The notes: a model not told the origin generated them from the sequence alone. Counted from the first letter of the whole stretch, positions 22,417-35,656 are shown. The stretch: DNA of 57,727 nt, filler included, from Sphacelaria rigidula (GCA_964200075.2; 8 parts of 8 records of this genome joined end to end with filler, not necessarily neighbours in it), one strand, 5' to 3'. Translations and numbers: made by a program.

Positions 22417-25344
22417 TAGTGTTAATGCGGTTCCCGGGTTAACTTGTTTTACGTGTCTTTTGTATATAAGTATGCACCGAACTAGCGATGAAATGTGTAA
22501 ATCGCATGGAAACCGGTCATTTTCCCTCGGATTCGACGTCTCCACCAAATTTCCGGTCGGAAGATGTCTTTCTCTCCCAAAAGATATTAGAATTGGATAT
22601 CCACGAGACTTTCTCTTTGCCTGAAACTATCGCGGAAGTGCACTATTCCCTACTATGCGTATGCAAGACATAATAGTAGACTTTTCACTTTCGGCAAAAA
22701 TCCTCCATTCGGCGACCGCGGGTTAGACAAGTCTACCGACCAGGCGAAGTACTATATAACATGGTTGACACTTCATACACAGGATAATGCGCACAACACA
22801 GATCGGCCCTGTATCATCGCGTCGACGCGACTGCGGATGAGCATGAGGGGCTACGACACCATTCCGGGGATAATCCCACAAACCTCACAGGTATTAGAAG
22901 CCTCGGATCGGTCTGAAGCGTGGTTGAAAGTCGCGGACAGGCCTCAATTTGTGGACCTCAAAACTGAGCATGTTTTCTTTGTGCTCCCACTCTCATTACT
23001 ATACTAGTCACGGACAACAGCGCGTCACCAATGTGGCTCATCTTGCCGTTTTTCAAAGTGGATAACACCTCCAGTGGTCAATAGGCCTGTCAACTCCGAC
23101 TTTCCCGAAATATTCTAGTAACACTGGAACACGGCTATGGCGAATATATCTCCACGCACAGAAGATATCCGGAACCAGGGATTTACTTCGTCGAGAAAAA
23201 TCGAGATAGAAATGCTGTAGCTACATGCTAGGGGGTGTTATACACCGTCACGCGTACTACATACGGGTTGTCCCTCCGCATGCATATGCCTGCTATCTCT
23301 GCGGCTGCAGGATGCCCGTGAGGAGGATAGAAGATGTTCCGCCAAAGATCCTCGTACTAGGTGAGACTTATTTACCCGAGATTGGTCGATTTGTCAAGAA
23401 TCCGACGTATTCATCTAATGTTGTCCCCATGTGTGCTCTGGCTCATGCTGCCGTTGTTGCTTGCGTTTTTTGGCATTTTCGTTATATTTGCTCTTGTATT
23501 TGTAATTGTATCACGAAAAATCGTCAGGGGCCCTACAAATGCAGTCGACACGGCACCAGTAGATCTTGCCCCTGGCCTGGTCATACACGCTACGCATCAG
23601 CAAAGCTGGGGCAGAGGCGGGTGTAGACGCCCAAGTTTGTCGAGCAAACCGAGGGATTAGCCCGCTGCAGGCGCGAAAAATGGTCTTTGGATATTCGAAT
23701 TACGGACGTCTTAGTTCACGTTTCGTGTCTACTGGTATCTCAACCCTTTTCACGGCCAGAGTGGGTAGTGTCCGTCTCACATTCGTTGTTGGGCGACTGA
23801 TACTAGGCAATTTCTTACCGAAACCAAAAAAAAGAAGCGGGATAAGGAGCAAGCGTCGGAAAGCAAAATATTGATTGATCGCCGGTAGTCCCTGGCCGAT
23901 CAGGCATGCCTTGCTGTTTGCCTGAGGGCCCCTTTTTGTGAAGGGGTTGCCTGAGACGGTGTTTGATCCGTGAGATGCCTTGTTTGGGCCAGGCAAAACC
24001 ACTTATACCACAAAAATAAATGGAAGTAAGGCACACCTATCACGACGCCAACTTCACTTATTCGGGATACCGGGGAGATTGTCTAGGGCAAGTCTAAGGC
24101 AATCTGTTCAATAAACTAAGGCATCTCAGGCATGGATTTCAAGTGTCGGGTATGAAAATGAGTGTCAGGCATGCCTGAGTTTTTGCCTGAACCCGATTTT
24201 TTTCGCTGTGGCGGGCCTGACACATTTTCGTGAGGCACGCCTTCGGCGTGCTGATCGGCCGGGGCCTAATCGGCGGGCTGGTCTGTGGTTGCGCCGATTA
24301 ATCAACATGATTTTGGACAATTGCTCTTTTTCCCGCTTATTTTTTCGGTCTCGATAAGCCTTATGACAACTCAACAGATCGCCTACCCTGGCGGTCGAAG
24401 GGTTGACCCTTAGGGCGCCAAAACCGTCGGGTCGTCCCTCGATCGCCCCCCCCCCCCCCCCCCCCCCCCCACCCGCCCATCAACCCACCCCTACTGAAAA
24501 CGCCACATTATGCGGGTGAAGGGTTCGGGACTCCGAATTTCTGCGTAAGCAAATATTATCGGGGATGAATAGGGTGAGATGGAAGTACACTAAAACCAAG
24601 ACGTGGCCGTATTTATAATGTTGCAATGGTTAAATGGGTAGGGTGTCTCCTACATCTAGGTATTTTGAAAAGTCGTACTCCAAGTACCCAACATTCGGGG
24701 AGTATTGATGTGGTACTCAATAATTCCTAGATATTGGATTCAGTATAGCAATCGTACCTAACATTACCCAATATTTGGGTAGAGCTTGGAGATCATCGCA
24801 ACACAAACTTCGGGAGAGTAAATACCCGGGTTTTTACCCATCTCAACACCCCCTCGTACAGCTGATCCCGGCAGAACCCGACTGTGGTTAAAGGATGGAG
24901 TTACCCAAGGTGAACGAAGAATAATACCTGGCCAACATCATGTCGGGTATACGGACGCTGGGCTATCCAAACACACACAAGAAACGGGGGGTACCTTTTG
25001 CTCCTTGCGCGGGCCTTGCTCCGTGCCTGCTCCCCCTTGGTGTCATTGAGATGAGCAGCTGGACATCGTTGCAGAATACTAAGATGCAAACAGAAACAGC
25101 GTAGGCTGTGTTGTGTGCAAGGGAGAGCGATGGTGACGTATCCACTACTGCATGGCCGGTGGTGCTATAATATTTCCATCCCTCGCCAGCTTCGGAGGTC
25201 CTCTGACGTCCTTCGACGCGCCCGACAGCGGTACTACCATGCACTTCTTCGTTTCCAAGACGCGCTCAGATGCGATTTATTTATTTCGATGCGCCCATGA
25301 AGATCGGGGTAATGTGCGACCTTCAGGATTGTGCCAGATTTTGA

Positions 25345-25610
25345 TTTTTGATTGATTGATTGTCACACTTCAACTACCCCCCCCCCCCCCCCCCACCCCT
25401 GTCTCCAGCACCAGAAACCCACCACAAAACACCAACCCCCCCCCCCCCCCACCCCCCACCCCCCCCCCCCCCCCCCCCCCATAAAATTCCAACCACCAAA
25501 CAAAAACACAAACCCCCCCCCCCCCCCCCCCCCCCCCCCGGGATCCAGCCGTGGTCACATGATGGACGTACCCGAGACAAAACAATACCGGAATACTATG
25601 AAGAAAACAG
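25345..25610 (-). repeat. Retroposon-like 3' end: G-run + AAGTGYGACAAT + (CAAT)n tail
   Basis: Plus strand GATTGATTGATTGTCACACTT...C-run...GGATCCAGCCGTGG is homologous to 39415-39500 (GATTGTCGCACTTT...CCCCCGGGGGTTCAGCCGTGG) and to TTGTCGCACTTTG + C-run at ~38510 and ~38664. Confidence 0.55.
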
Positions 25611-25854
25611 AGAATGTAGAACTGAACATGCATAATTCCGCTGAATCTTGTATAAACTACTCAACGTGTGAGACACTCCCCAAGCTGGCAATATGGTTCC
25701 CCGAAACGCGACACTGTTGTGGCCAAACGTCACAAAACATGGGCGAAACTGCACCTTCTATCACGGGCGACCCGGTTTTGCGGATCCACCCCGCACAGTA
25801 CGGGGAAACACGTAATCAATCTGCGGTGAAAAAAAAAATGTGCTTCACCAAGCT

Positions 25855-25930
25855 GGTCGCCCCGGTGGCTCAATCGGTAACCTCGAAACCTTCTGACTGT
25901 TGGTTCGAGGGTTCGAATCTCGGAGCGATC
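25855..25930 (+). mobile_element. tRNA-derived SINE head or tRNA pseudogene
   Basis: Pol III A-box TGGCTCAATCGG and B-box GGTTCGAATC at tRNA-like spacing. The ends GGTCGCCCCG and CGGAGCGATC can pair. No clean D or anticodon arm. Confidence 0.6.
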
Positions 25931-28013
25931 TGTGAATTTTTCTCAAACCATGCCCAATAGTGGAGGGCGAGTATATCGTGAGTACAAAAAAATCGACTTG
26001 ATGGTCGACGAGGGAAATGTACTGCTAAACCCCTCTCGCGATAAGAAGAAAGGCGAGCACCGCAGAAGGAAGGTGGAGAACTACCACACACAAAAAAGAA
26101 AAATCTCCTGTGTTGGCCTTCCTCCTGTGTGACCCCTGCTGGTGCGCCCACATATATACCGAAAGGTGCAGACCGGCGGCCAGAATAGATGGGACGTTAA
26201 CACGACAACACACATATTTGAACCGAGAGGCAGAAATAAAAAATATCACGTGACCATCCTCGAACCGGACAGCAGAGGTTGAAAATCTGACATGACCCTC
26301 CTTTGAGCCGGTTGAGGAAGCATGGGTACGTGGAGAAAGAGACGTGTCGCCGGTCGTGTGAAGTGCCTCGTAAGATGGCTCCGTAACGACAGTCCACCAT
26401 CAACAGTGATATATCTGGTAATAGAACACTAATGAATACCACAGCCCTAATTCCCCGTTGCAGACAACACGTGCGATGGTGGTGACTATATCCACAGTCC
26501 GAATCTCGGAAGAATCCTTTGGAGCTTATCTGGCATGATGAGACACACAAAGATATGAATAACCACCTATCGATATATGTTTTTTCTACAAATGGCTGCT
26601 CGCCGTAGAGGCGTTTTTCGTTGGAAGTCATCTCCATGTAATACCCCGTACGAAAGCCGCCTGGGTTTTAACTGGGAAATTAGTTATCTTCACCTATGAA
26701 CTCACACGACATGAGCTGTTATCACCGACGGCTGCGTAGATCAGCATTTTATGGCACTCTTGATCGTCGACACCCTCCGGACATGAGATATGAGATACAG
26801 GTGACGGCCAGGATGATGGAAATAGGGATCTAGAAGAGTTGGTTTAAGCTCCAGCAATTATGTTAAAAAAAGTAGGATATGTGTACTCCGAGCCATATAA
26901 GCGCCTACTCCATTTTTAGGGTCTCACGGATTGTCTAGTTTGTCCCACTGATCCGCAGTGAAGAAATCACGAGGACAGCTTCCTTACGTGAGGGACAAAA
27001 TGTTGATCTTCCACCCTGTGTAGGTTGGAGGTTGTCACCGACAGTGAGTACCCGGAAGGTGGGGCGAGTCCACGAGTCCAGCCGCGATCTAACTAATCAC
27101 TGGACGTCGTCTGACGCAGATGAAAAAAAAACAGTGGCATATAAAAGTTTACGGAGCGTGACTGTCGCATGCGGAGCAATGTATATAGGTACGTGCGGTG
27201 GAACATAGTGTACCTTGCAACAACATATGTTGTGTATGTATGGGGCCCTGTTTTTCGCGTGTAATTTCTCCTCGCGCGTCGATCACCGCCTTCTTTTTTC
27301 ACGTGCATAGTTAGCTCACAGGGGTCTGGAGGCAGAACACAGCCACCCCATTTCCACTCGCTGCTACGGTACGAATAGGGCTATTGCACCGTGTGCTGTA
27401 GAGATCTTAGTAGATGCCGCCTAGTGAGGCGTGCGCGTGCGTGCCTTGCGTGCGGAGTGCTTCGTTGATGCTTGGTAATGCCCGGTGACACCGAGCAACC
27501 CGAACCCAATCCAGAGCATGTGCTGAATAATGTTGGCTTCGTTTTCTCATATTTCATCACGTTCTCTCACCTAGCCATGACCAAGACGAATAAAATGTGA
27601 TCCATTGCTGTTGGGATTACAAGTCAGTTCTTATATTTTCCCTTTTGTTTTCGTCGTACTTTCAACCCCCCCTTTTCAGGATAAGGTTGAGTACGATATT
27701 AGCGAAACAAGCCAGGGTTCACATCATGGTCTCGTGAGGGAAGGGTTGGTGAAAGTGATAGTCACGGTAGTCACGGTAGATTTGTTCAAGAGAATCACGT
27801 GTGTGTCTCTGTGTGTGTGTGTTTGCGTGTGTGTGGGGGTGTTTATCTTAGGATTATCCGTACGTTGTGCACCAAACAATTGATCTCTCCATTTTACCGT
27901 ATAAAATAAAAACGTGGGCACGCTTTCAACCCCCCGCACCGAACAAACTATTCCTCCCCCCCCTCCCCCCCCCCCCCTCGCGCGCACGCCCGTTTGCTTT
28001 CAAAACCGTGCAG

Positions 28014-28269
28014 AAAGCTTGCGCTCGTGGTATTGTTCGCGGTGTCATTTGTGGCCGTGCTCATTGCCCTCGCCAAGGGGCAATACCTGCGATCTTCAGG
28101 TCAGCAAGAGAGTGAAGAACAGAACCAGAGCCAGGCGGAGACCGACCTGCACAGCCGCAGCCGCGGTAGCGGTGGTGTTGGTGTTGGGGACGTTGGGAAA
28201 ATAACGCCCCGGAGTACGCGCGCGACCGTGTTCGAGACCTCCATGCACACGGATGCTATGCTCAGTCAG
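28014..28269 (+). CDS. Probable internal exon encoding a type II membrane anchor plus polar stem
   Basis: Pyrimidine-rich tract and TGCAG acceptor (ends 28013). Open frame KLALVVLFAVSFVAVLIALAKG...QQESEEQNQSQAETD...MLSQ. In-frame CAG|GTATAC donor at 28270. Confidence 0.55.
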
Positions 28270-28714
28270 GTATACAGAAACCGTTGGTAATCGACAACAG
28301 TGAGATTCCCTCTGGAAGTACGGTGTCTGGTTATTGTTCTCGCTGGGAGGGGGGGAGGGGGGGGGGTACTTGGCCTTACATGTTCGGAGCACAATGAGAT
28401 CTTGGTTGCACTCTCGCCTTGGGGTGAGACATGTACTGTGGTACAGTAAGTATGCTAGTTAGTGATGTATCGAAAATCAAGGGCAGATTGCCAGATTTAT
28501 GAATGATTCCAAGATCCCCTTGGAACAATGAGGGCAGGACACGTGCTAAACCGCCCCCGAGTACTTTCTGGCAATGGTGGGTCATCACGGACGACACTGG
28601 TGCTGAAGATGACGAAAACATGCGATGGTATGGATGGAGGAAGATTAATATACCGCTGTGCCGCGCATGACTCACTTGTGTTTTACATTCTATCATTATC
28701 ATACCATGCTCTCT

Positions 28715-28751
<37 letters not shown>

Positions 28752-28816
28752 AGTCCCCGCCCTGACAGCGCGGGAGGAGTGGGGGTGGGGTTGGGTGGTG
28801 TGCGGGGGGGGAGTGG

Positions 28817-28916
28817 NNNNNNNNNNNNNNNNNNNNNNNNNNNNNNNNNNNNNNNNNNNNTTAATTAATTAANNNNNNNNNNNNNNNNNNNNNNNNNNNN
28901 NNNNNNNNNNNNNNNN
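28817..28916. other. Artificial 100-bp spacer
   Basis: N-run with central TTAATTAATTAA. Confidence 0.98.
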
Positions 28917-29769
28917 GGCCGCGGCTAAACAACCCTAACTTATGACAGTAGCAAACGCGGTAACAACGCGTCACGGAATCCAGGGTCTACGAGCAGACCC
29001 GCACAGAGTATATCTTGCAACGCCTCTGAGCTTCATCACAGAACGGAACATAACTCGACCATTTGACGTTTTTATTGGAACGCAACGCGCATGAAACGTG
29101 TTGCAGGTGGGGAACGCGGATATTCATAGAGGATACACTCTCTCTTCACCTGTGAGTCTTACATGCGGTCAAAAAACTATGTCGTTGTTCTTCCATGCCT
29201 GGGGGGGGGGGGGGGGGGGGAAGCCACAGTTCCTGAGGTAACAGGAGCCCGTTAAATGATGTGTGTATAGTTGAGAAAACAGAAATGTTTTGTATTTTCA
29301 GCTCTTGCGAAATTCAGTGCAGCATGTTGTCATCAGGGGTGACCTCTGTTCAGGCGGTAGTCAGTACGGTAGAGCAACGAAAGCTAGCTATGACCGGGTT
29401 TGCCTGCCGCATTTCCGCCAGCGTTGCTTGAAAGCCACAAGACCTTTGCGGTCGGCGGTTGATGGCGTTGATGTCAAATGCAACGACAAGTGGTTGTTCA
29501 TACATAGAGCACTCTTGTTCCTCGTGGGGTCATATCTCGCTCCAGCCTGTAATGCATGACCTTCTCACATCGGAATTAATATGCAAAGCCACTGTTCTGT
29601 GGCGAGGTGTTTAGGCAGCAATTCGGTGCGTCCATGGTGGACGCATCCCTCTGCACAACGCTAGCAACAATTAGGTCACAACCATAGGTATATTTTTTCA
29701 CTCCGCATGTCAAGAAGGTCTCTATAAGTGTTCGATTTCTCATACACCCTCCTCAACTTGCGTATGGCA

Positions 29770-30012
29770 TGTAGAGTAGTCCACCTACAGTATACATGCA
29801 ACATGTAGATGTGCGGTGGATCCTGGATTGATTGGTTGGAGGATGACTATTGAATGCGTAACATATCGTTTCGTGGGGAAAGCCCGTGAAGCCTACTTCC
29901 GCTTTAATGAAGACAACTGTTTGTATAACTGCTCCATCTTGGAGTCTCTGAAGCCCTGCTGGGGAGGAAGCCTTTGGAGTAAGCACTTGTTCTGATTCCA
30001 GATAAGTCTATA
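29770..30012 (+). repeat. 5' LTR (243 bp)
   Basis: TGTAGAGTAGT...AAGTCTATA. Differs from the 3' LTR by about 18 substitutions (counted by eye, mostly transitions) and two indels. Confidence 0.92.
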
Positions 30013-30140
30013 GTAAACGTTTACTCAAGAAACTTGTGGTTTCTGAACGGCGTCGTTGAACCCTAAAGGAAGAGAGGACGCTCGTTGAATAACACGGGGG
30101 TATATACGACAGAGCATGGAGTGCAGGAAGCGTTTGAAAG

Positions 30141-33100
30141 ATGGCGCGAATGAAAGTGATCAAGGAGTCTAACTCTGACAAGGAGAGGGACGACGAAGAG
30201 GCGAAGTTCAATGTGACGGATTTGATTGCGGGGGGATCGCTCAAGGCGCCTGAGTATGGGTGCTTGTTCAGTGATCAAGCATTGCGACGGTTTCTGCAGA
30301 AATATCAGGGACACGAACAGGCTGTTCTGCGACGAAACAAGACTCGAACTATAAAGAGCGCACTATTGACCATGGAGAAGCTAGTGCCTCGGCGTGTACA
30401 AGATTGTTTGTCGGACACTATTCTTGATGGCACTGAGCTCCCTAACGCCCGGATTGGGGAAGGGATCGCACGGCATGCGAAATGCTTGGTAGGAATGGAA
30501 ATGGATTCAACTGAGGCCGCAGCCAGTGTAAAAAAGGCACTTGCTGCACGATCCGATTCAACTGCTATGCGTCGAGTGGAAGGAGGGTGGAGTACCGTGC
30601 AAGAATATTTCAAGGAAAATGAGGGTGCAGAGCGTGTTTTCCGCGAAATGGATCGTACCTTCAAGCCAGGTCCGGCACACATCACCACTGGAGCCATGAT
30701 TTCCGGCCTGATCCCTCCGGAATTCAAAACCATAGTCCAAAACAAACTGCAAATGACGGGGGGGGGTGGAAAGAGCAACCGAAACTTGTATACAATGTCG
30801 CTCGGGAGGTGACGGAACTGTGGCAAACTGTCAAGGAGGTTGATTAGCAGCGCAGATTCGCTCCACATCTCAAGACCAAGGAGGTGGGTTCGCAAGGACA
30901 GAAGAAACTGTTGACGGCAGCTAGCACCGCAGCCGCGACTGTTGTATCAGATGATAGCGGATCGAAATCCAGAAAATCTCGCAGACCCGACCCTGATTAC
31001 GCAGGATGTTTCGAGTGTGGGGACAAAGGCCATTTGAAAAAAAGACTGTAAGAAGAAAAACAAGCCTGCAGCTACCGGAGGTGGGGGTGGCGGACACGTA
31101 CAGCCGCGGCAACAACAACAGCAAACGACGCAAGCTCCGCGGGGCGGGAGCCAGGGTCCTACCCCTACCCGGGCTGTTTTTCCAGGGGGGATGGTCGTCA
31201 AGGGGGCACCAACGGTGCTGATAGTACGTTGCAGCCCGAGCCGACTGTTTCGACTTCTACAGTACAGCCTCCGCCGTTGGCAGAAACAGTTCAGCAGTGG
31301 ACATCGGGGGCAGTGCCGGCGTGGCGGGGTTTACACACTGCTTCCGAGGCAGCAGAGCTGGAGGCCGAGGGTTTGGACGTGGAAAATAGGCAGCAATGCT
31401 GCCGAGCTGATCTGTCTGTCCCAGGTTCAGCCGTAGAGACAGTCTGTCCGGTCAAGGCTGTGTTGGACTCTGGCGCTGGAATAACCATTATGTCTGAACG
31501 GGTGGCGACTCAGTTGGAAAACGCGTTTCCTGGAGTGTCAATTGTCACATCAATGGCACGTGGACAACCGGTAAGACTGGCTGACGGTAACGTGAAAACC
31601 ATGCACTCGAAAATGTGTCTGGTTCGTACGGCACTCCACACGAGCTGGGGGGCGGTGGTGCTTGAGCCCTGCCGGTATGCGATTATGCCCGGCGCTGGTG
31701 ATGTGGGTATTATCGGGAGCAAAACTCTGGTGAAAATCGGCGTCAATATCTACAATGATCACGGCGCATGGGCGCCAGCAGAACCCCCTCCTTTGCGGGG
31801 TATCGAGACGCCTGAGTATCGCGAGTGCAGGCGTGTGAGTCTCGCGGTAGAGGAGCTCAAGGAGACGACCGGTCACGAGGAACCGGTGGATTCATCTTTC
31901 GAGCGATTGGTGTCACGGGGTCCGGATATATTTATGCCACCAGAGCAAGAACTTGTTGAGCGCAAAGTGACGCTGGAGGAGACGGTGCAAGCTGCGGCGG
32001 ATAATGGCATGTCGGAGAACGGGGTGAGCAAGCTACGAGAAATTGTCGACGGCCGGACCAATGCTTTTCGACGAGCGTTGCGAGGTGATCCGCCTGCTCG
32101 CGTGGAGCCTTTGCAGGTACGATTCAAACCGGGGGCTAAAGCAGTCAAGGTGGGCCCGATAACATACTCTCCAGTGACGAGGAGCCGGTTGGCAGGGTGC
32201 ATGGCTACGCTGGTGGTGCTGGGGTTGGTATTCCGCAATATCCAGGCGGTGTGGGCAAGCGCATCTATGGCTGCGCCCAAGAAGGGCAGCTATCGTTTGG
32301 TGAGTGATCACAGAGCAGTCAACAGGCAGCTCGAGAAGGTTCCTAGTGTTATGCCGAATCATGCGACGGAAATGGTCGATTTGTTGGGTGCATCGTGTTT
32401 TGGGAGGCTTGATATGCTACAGGGGTACTGGCAGATGCCGCTAGCGGATGAAGCCCAGGAAATTTGCACCATTGCGACTCCCGACGGACTTTACACCCCC
32501 ACGAGGGTGCCGCAAGGCGTGCTCAACGCTACCGGATATTTTCAACAGATCATGATGGGACTGTTGACTGGACTCGACTGCAAGGTATTAGTTGACGAAA
32601 TTTTGTGGTGGGGAAAAAATTAGGATGACTAGCTACGCACGCTGGATGCGATTTTGGGCCGATTGGAGGACGTTGGTCTGTTTTCTGCTGCGCACAAGTG
32701 CATGTTCTAAGATACGCAGATCACGTGGCGTGGGAAGGTTTTTTCAGGTGGACAGGTTGCTCATGATCGCGACCGACTGACCGAATTAGCCAACATGCGT
32801 CGCCCACGTACGGCGGGTGAGCTGATGCGCTTTTTACAGGCTGTCAATTGGCTGCGAACATCTCTACCGCGTTTGGCGGAAACGGTGGAGCCGCTGCGTG
32901 AGTTGTTGGAGGAACATTTGCGGGGAAACGTCCGCCGCACTAAGCGAATGGCGTCCAACCGTATAATCGAATATTCGGCGTGGACATTTCAGCGGGGTCA
33001 GGCGTGGCATGCTGCGCAAGATTTGGTGGCGCATGCTGTCGCTTTGTCGTATCCGAAGGAGGGGTATGAGGTGCTGATGTTTCCAGATGCATCGGATCTA

Positions 33101-35223
33101 CATCGGGGCAGTTTTTTTACGCAGGTGCCGACGGCTGAGTTGGATGGGCCGCTGGCGGTGGAAGACATGAGTCACGAGTCGATGGGGTTTCTCAGTGGGA
33201 CTTGTCGTGGGGCACAAGTTCGATGGGCTACGGTGGATAAAGAAGGTTACGCCATTGTGAGCACATTCCGAAGGTTGGAGTATTTGCTGTGGGGCGGAGT
33301 GCATATTTTCACTGACCATCGTAATTTGGCATTCCTTTATTAATCCTGTGGCGTGCGTAGCATCGTTGTCTAAAACTGCTGCCCAGAGACTCGAGCAATG
33401 AAAGGCTGTGCTCGGGCAGTATGGCCACACTATTAGGCATATTTCTGGGGAACGCAACTGCTGGGTAGACTTGCTGTCAAGGTGGTTCCGGCGGTGTCTG
33501 TTCGTGCTCTGGCCGTATTCGCGAGTGGTGAGCCGGATGACACGCTACCGTCAAAGGACGACATTCGAGCAGCTCAAGAGCAGGCTCGCGCAGACTTCGG
33601 GGTGATGGTTGATGGAGCTACCTCGTTTACTGCCGCTATTGGGCGCGTTTCGAAAGACGGTGAGGGCTCCTTTCGCGTGCACGTCGCAGATAAGCATGTG
33701 TTGTGGATCCCGCCGCAAGAACAAGAACTGCAAACACGTTTCACGGTGTGTGTCCACATGAAGGAGGCAGGCCACCCCGGGGTTGTGGCCACATTGCAAC
33801 GATTACAGGAATACTGCTGTTAGTACCAGATGGAAGCTCACGTTACCGATTTCGTGAAAAAATGCTTACACTGCATGGATTCGAAAGCTGGGGAGATGGT
33901 CCCGCGACCGCTAGGGGAGACCGCTCATGGTACACGGCCCGGTGAGGTGATGCACTTTGATCATCTCTACGTTGGTGAGAGTGGTCCCTTGGGCAAGAGC
34001 AGATTGGATGAAGACGATGGATACAAGTACATTTTAGTGGTGATGGAAGATCTGAGCAGTTTCGTGTGGTTGGAACCCACGGAATCTTGCACTGCTGCCT
34101 TGACGGTGCAGCATTTGTTGACATGGTGCAAAACTTTGGGCCCACCGGAGGTTTGGGTTAGTGATACCGCGTCGCATTTCAAAAATCGTGTGATGCGAGC
34201 GCTGGAAAAGAAGCTGAAACTGGACAGCAGGTTCACGGCCACCAACTCGCCGTGGTCCAACTCGCCGTGGTCTAAGGAGACGTGTGATCGGATGATGAGA
34301 GAAGTTTCCCGTACTCTGAAGGCAATGCTTCAAGAGGAGCGGCGCGATGTTCGTGACTGGGTGGGACTGGTGCCTGCGGTGCAGTGGGCGTTGAATACGG
34401 CATTCCGCGAGCGATATGCCAGTAACCCCTACCATGTAATATTTGGACGCGCGCCGCGCACGAGTTTTTCGACACTGACCTCGTCGACCGGCGGCAAATG
34501 GCGACTTGATGTGCTGGATGAAGACAGGCTGCGGCAGAAGGTGGCGTCCGTTGTTGAGGCGCAACAAGAGCTAAGGAAGTGGCGCAGCGCGTGGAGAAGA
34601 TCCGTGAGTTACAGCGACGTGTTGCCAGTAGGGGACAGTTACCTAATTTTATGGTTGATGATTATGTAGTGACGGCGAAAGTTAGGCGTTCCGGCACAAC
34701 GCCGAAACTCGTCAGTACGTGGATAGGACCGTGGAGAATCGTGGCAGCGGAGCATCAACATATGTACGAGATTCAGAATATCGTCAACGGGGAGGTGAAG
34801 GGCGCGCATGTCGCCCGTCTACGGTACTACGCGGACGAGGAACTGGAGGTCACTGCGGATCTGAAGGAAGTGTTCCAGTATGCGTTTGCTCAAGGAGAGT
34901 TTGAAATGGAGGCGATCGTTGACTTGTCCGAGGCTGAAGACGGTGATGGGTTCGTTGCACACGTGGAATGGGTAGGTTTCGGCAAGGACGAGAGCTCGTG
35001 GGAACCACTCGAATTCATTTTGGAAGGAGCCCCGCAGTTTGTACGTTCTGAATTGCGTAAGTTGCGACTAAAAAAGCAGGTACGGGCGCGTTTGCTGGCT
35101 AAGTATGGTCTCAAGCTCTTATTGGTTGGGTTTCAAGCTGTGATTGGTTGTTGGCGTAGTTCGTGGATTCTACTATGCAATTTGATGTTCGTTGAGTATA
35201 CCGCTTGGTTATCGTTTGCCTAA
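30141..35223 (+). pseudogene. pol: gag-pol polyprotein with multiple stops and frameshifts
   Basis: Zinc knuckle CFECGDKGHLK (~31007). Protease AVLDSGAG. RT YRLVSDHRAVN, LDMLQGYWQ, RVPQG and a degenerate catalytic LVDE. RNase H FPDAS, DKEGYAIV and TDHRNL. Integrase H..H/CLHC, HFD, SDTASHF and WIGPW. Chromodomain FEMEAIV...VEWVGFGKDESSWEP. Confidence 0.95.
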
Positions 35224-35402
35224 CATGTTGGAGTAGCTCGTGCTGGTGTTTTAGGATTACACTGGGGGGGGCATCTTGATTTAACCTCATGCGGTCTGAT
35301 ATTGAATGCTTGCCTCTTGTTGACATCTTAGGGTACTGTCGGTGTCTACTGTTTTATCAAATTCGCTTTCGACTTCGAGTTGTGCGAAGTTTTGGAGGGT
35401 GC

Positions 35403-35656
35403 TGTAGAGTAGTTCACCTACAGCATACATGCAACATGTAGATATGTGGTGGATCCTGGATTTATTGGTTGGAGGATAACTATTGAATGCGTAACATATT
35501 ATCGTGTTCGTGAGGAAAGCCCATGAAGCTTACTTCCGGTTTAATGAAGATATCTGTTTGTATAACTGCTCTGTCTTAGAGTCTCTGAAGCCCTGCTGGG
35601 GAGAAAGCCTTTGGAGCAAGCACTTCGACCTTGTTCTGATTCCAGACAAGTCTATA
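35403..35656 (+). repeat. 3' LTR (254 bp)
   Basis: Direct repeat of 29770-30012. Confidence 0.92.

Larger units (their letters stand above)
29770..35656 (+). mobile_element. Full-length, inactivated Ty3/Gypsy chromodomain-bearing LTR retrotransposon (~5.9 kb)
   Basis: Two LTRs. Domain order gag-PR-RT-RH-IN-chromo. Short purine tract GGAGGG before the 3' LTR. Flanks GGCA/GACA, a probable 4-bp TSD with one mismatch. Confidence 0.95.

Noticed and set aside
25855..25930. Functional tRNA gene
   Set aside because: A/B boxes are present, but no canonical D-stem or anticodon stem-loop could be folded; reported as SINE-like instead.
25352..25960. Poly-proline ORFs (extensin/formin-like)
   Set aside because: They derive from C-homopolymer tracts interspersed with A-rich noise, typical of low-quality sequence through G/C runs.
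30305..34567. Long minus-strand ORFs within the Gypsy element as antisense genes
   Set aside because: They are shadows of the GC-rich pol frame and show no independent motifs.
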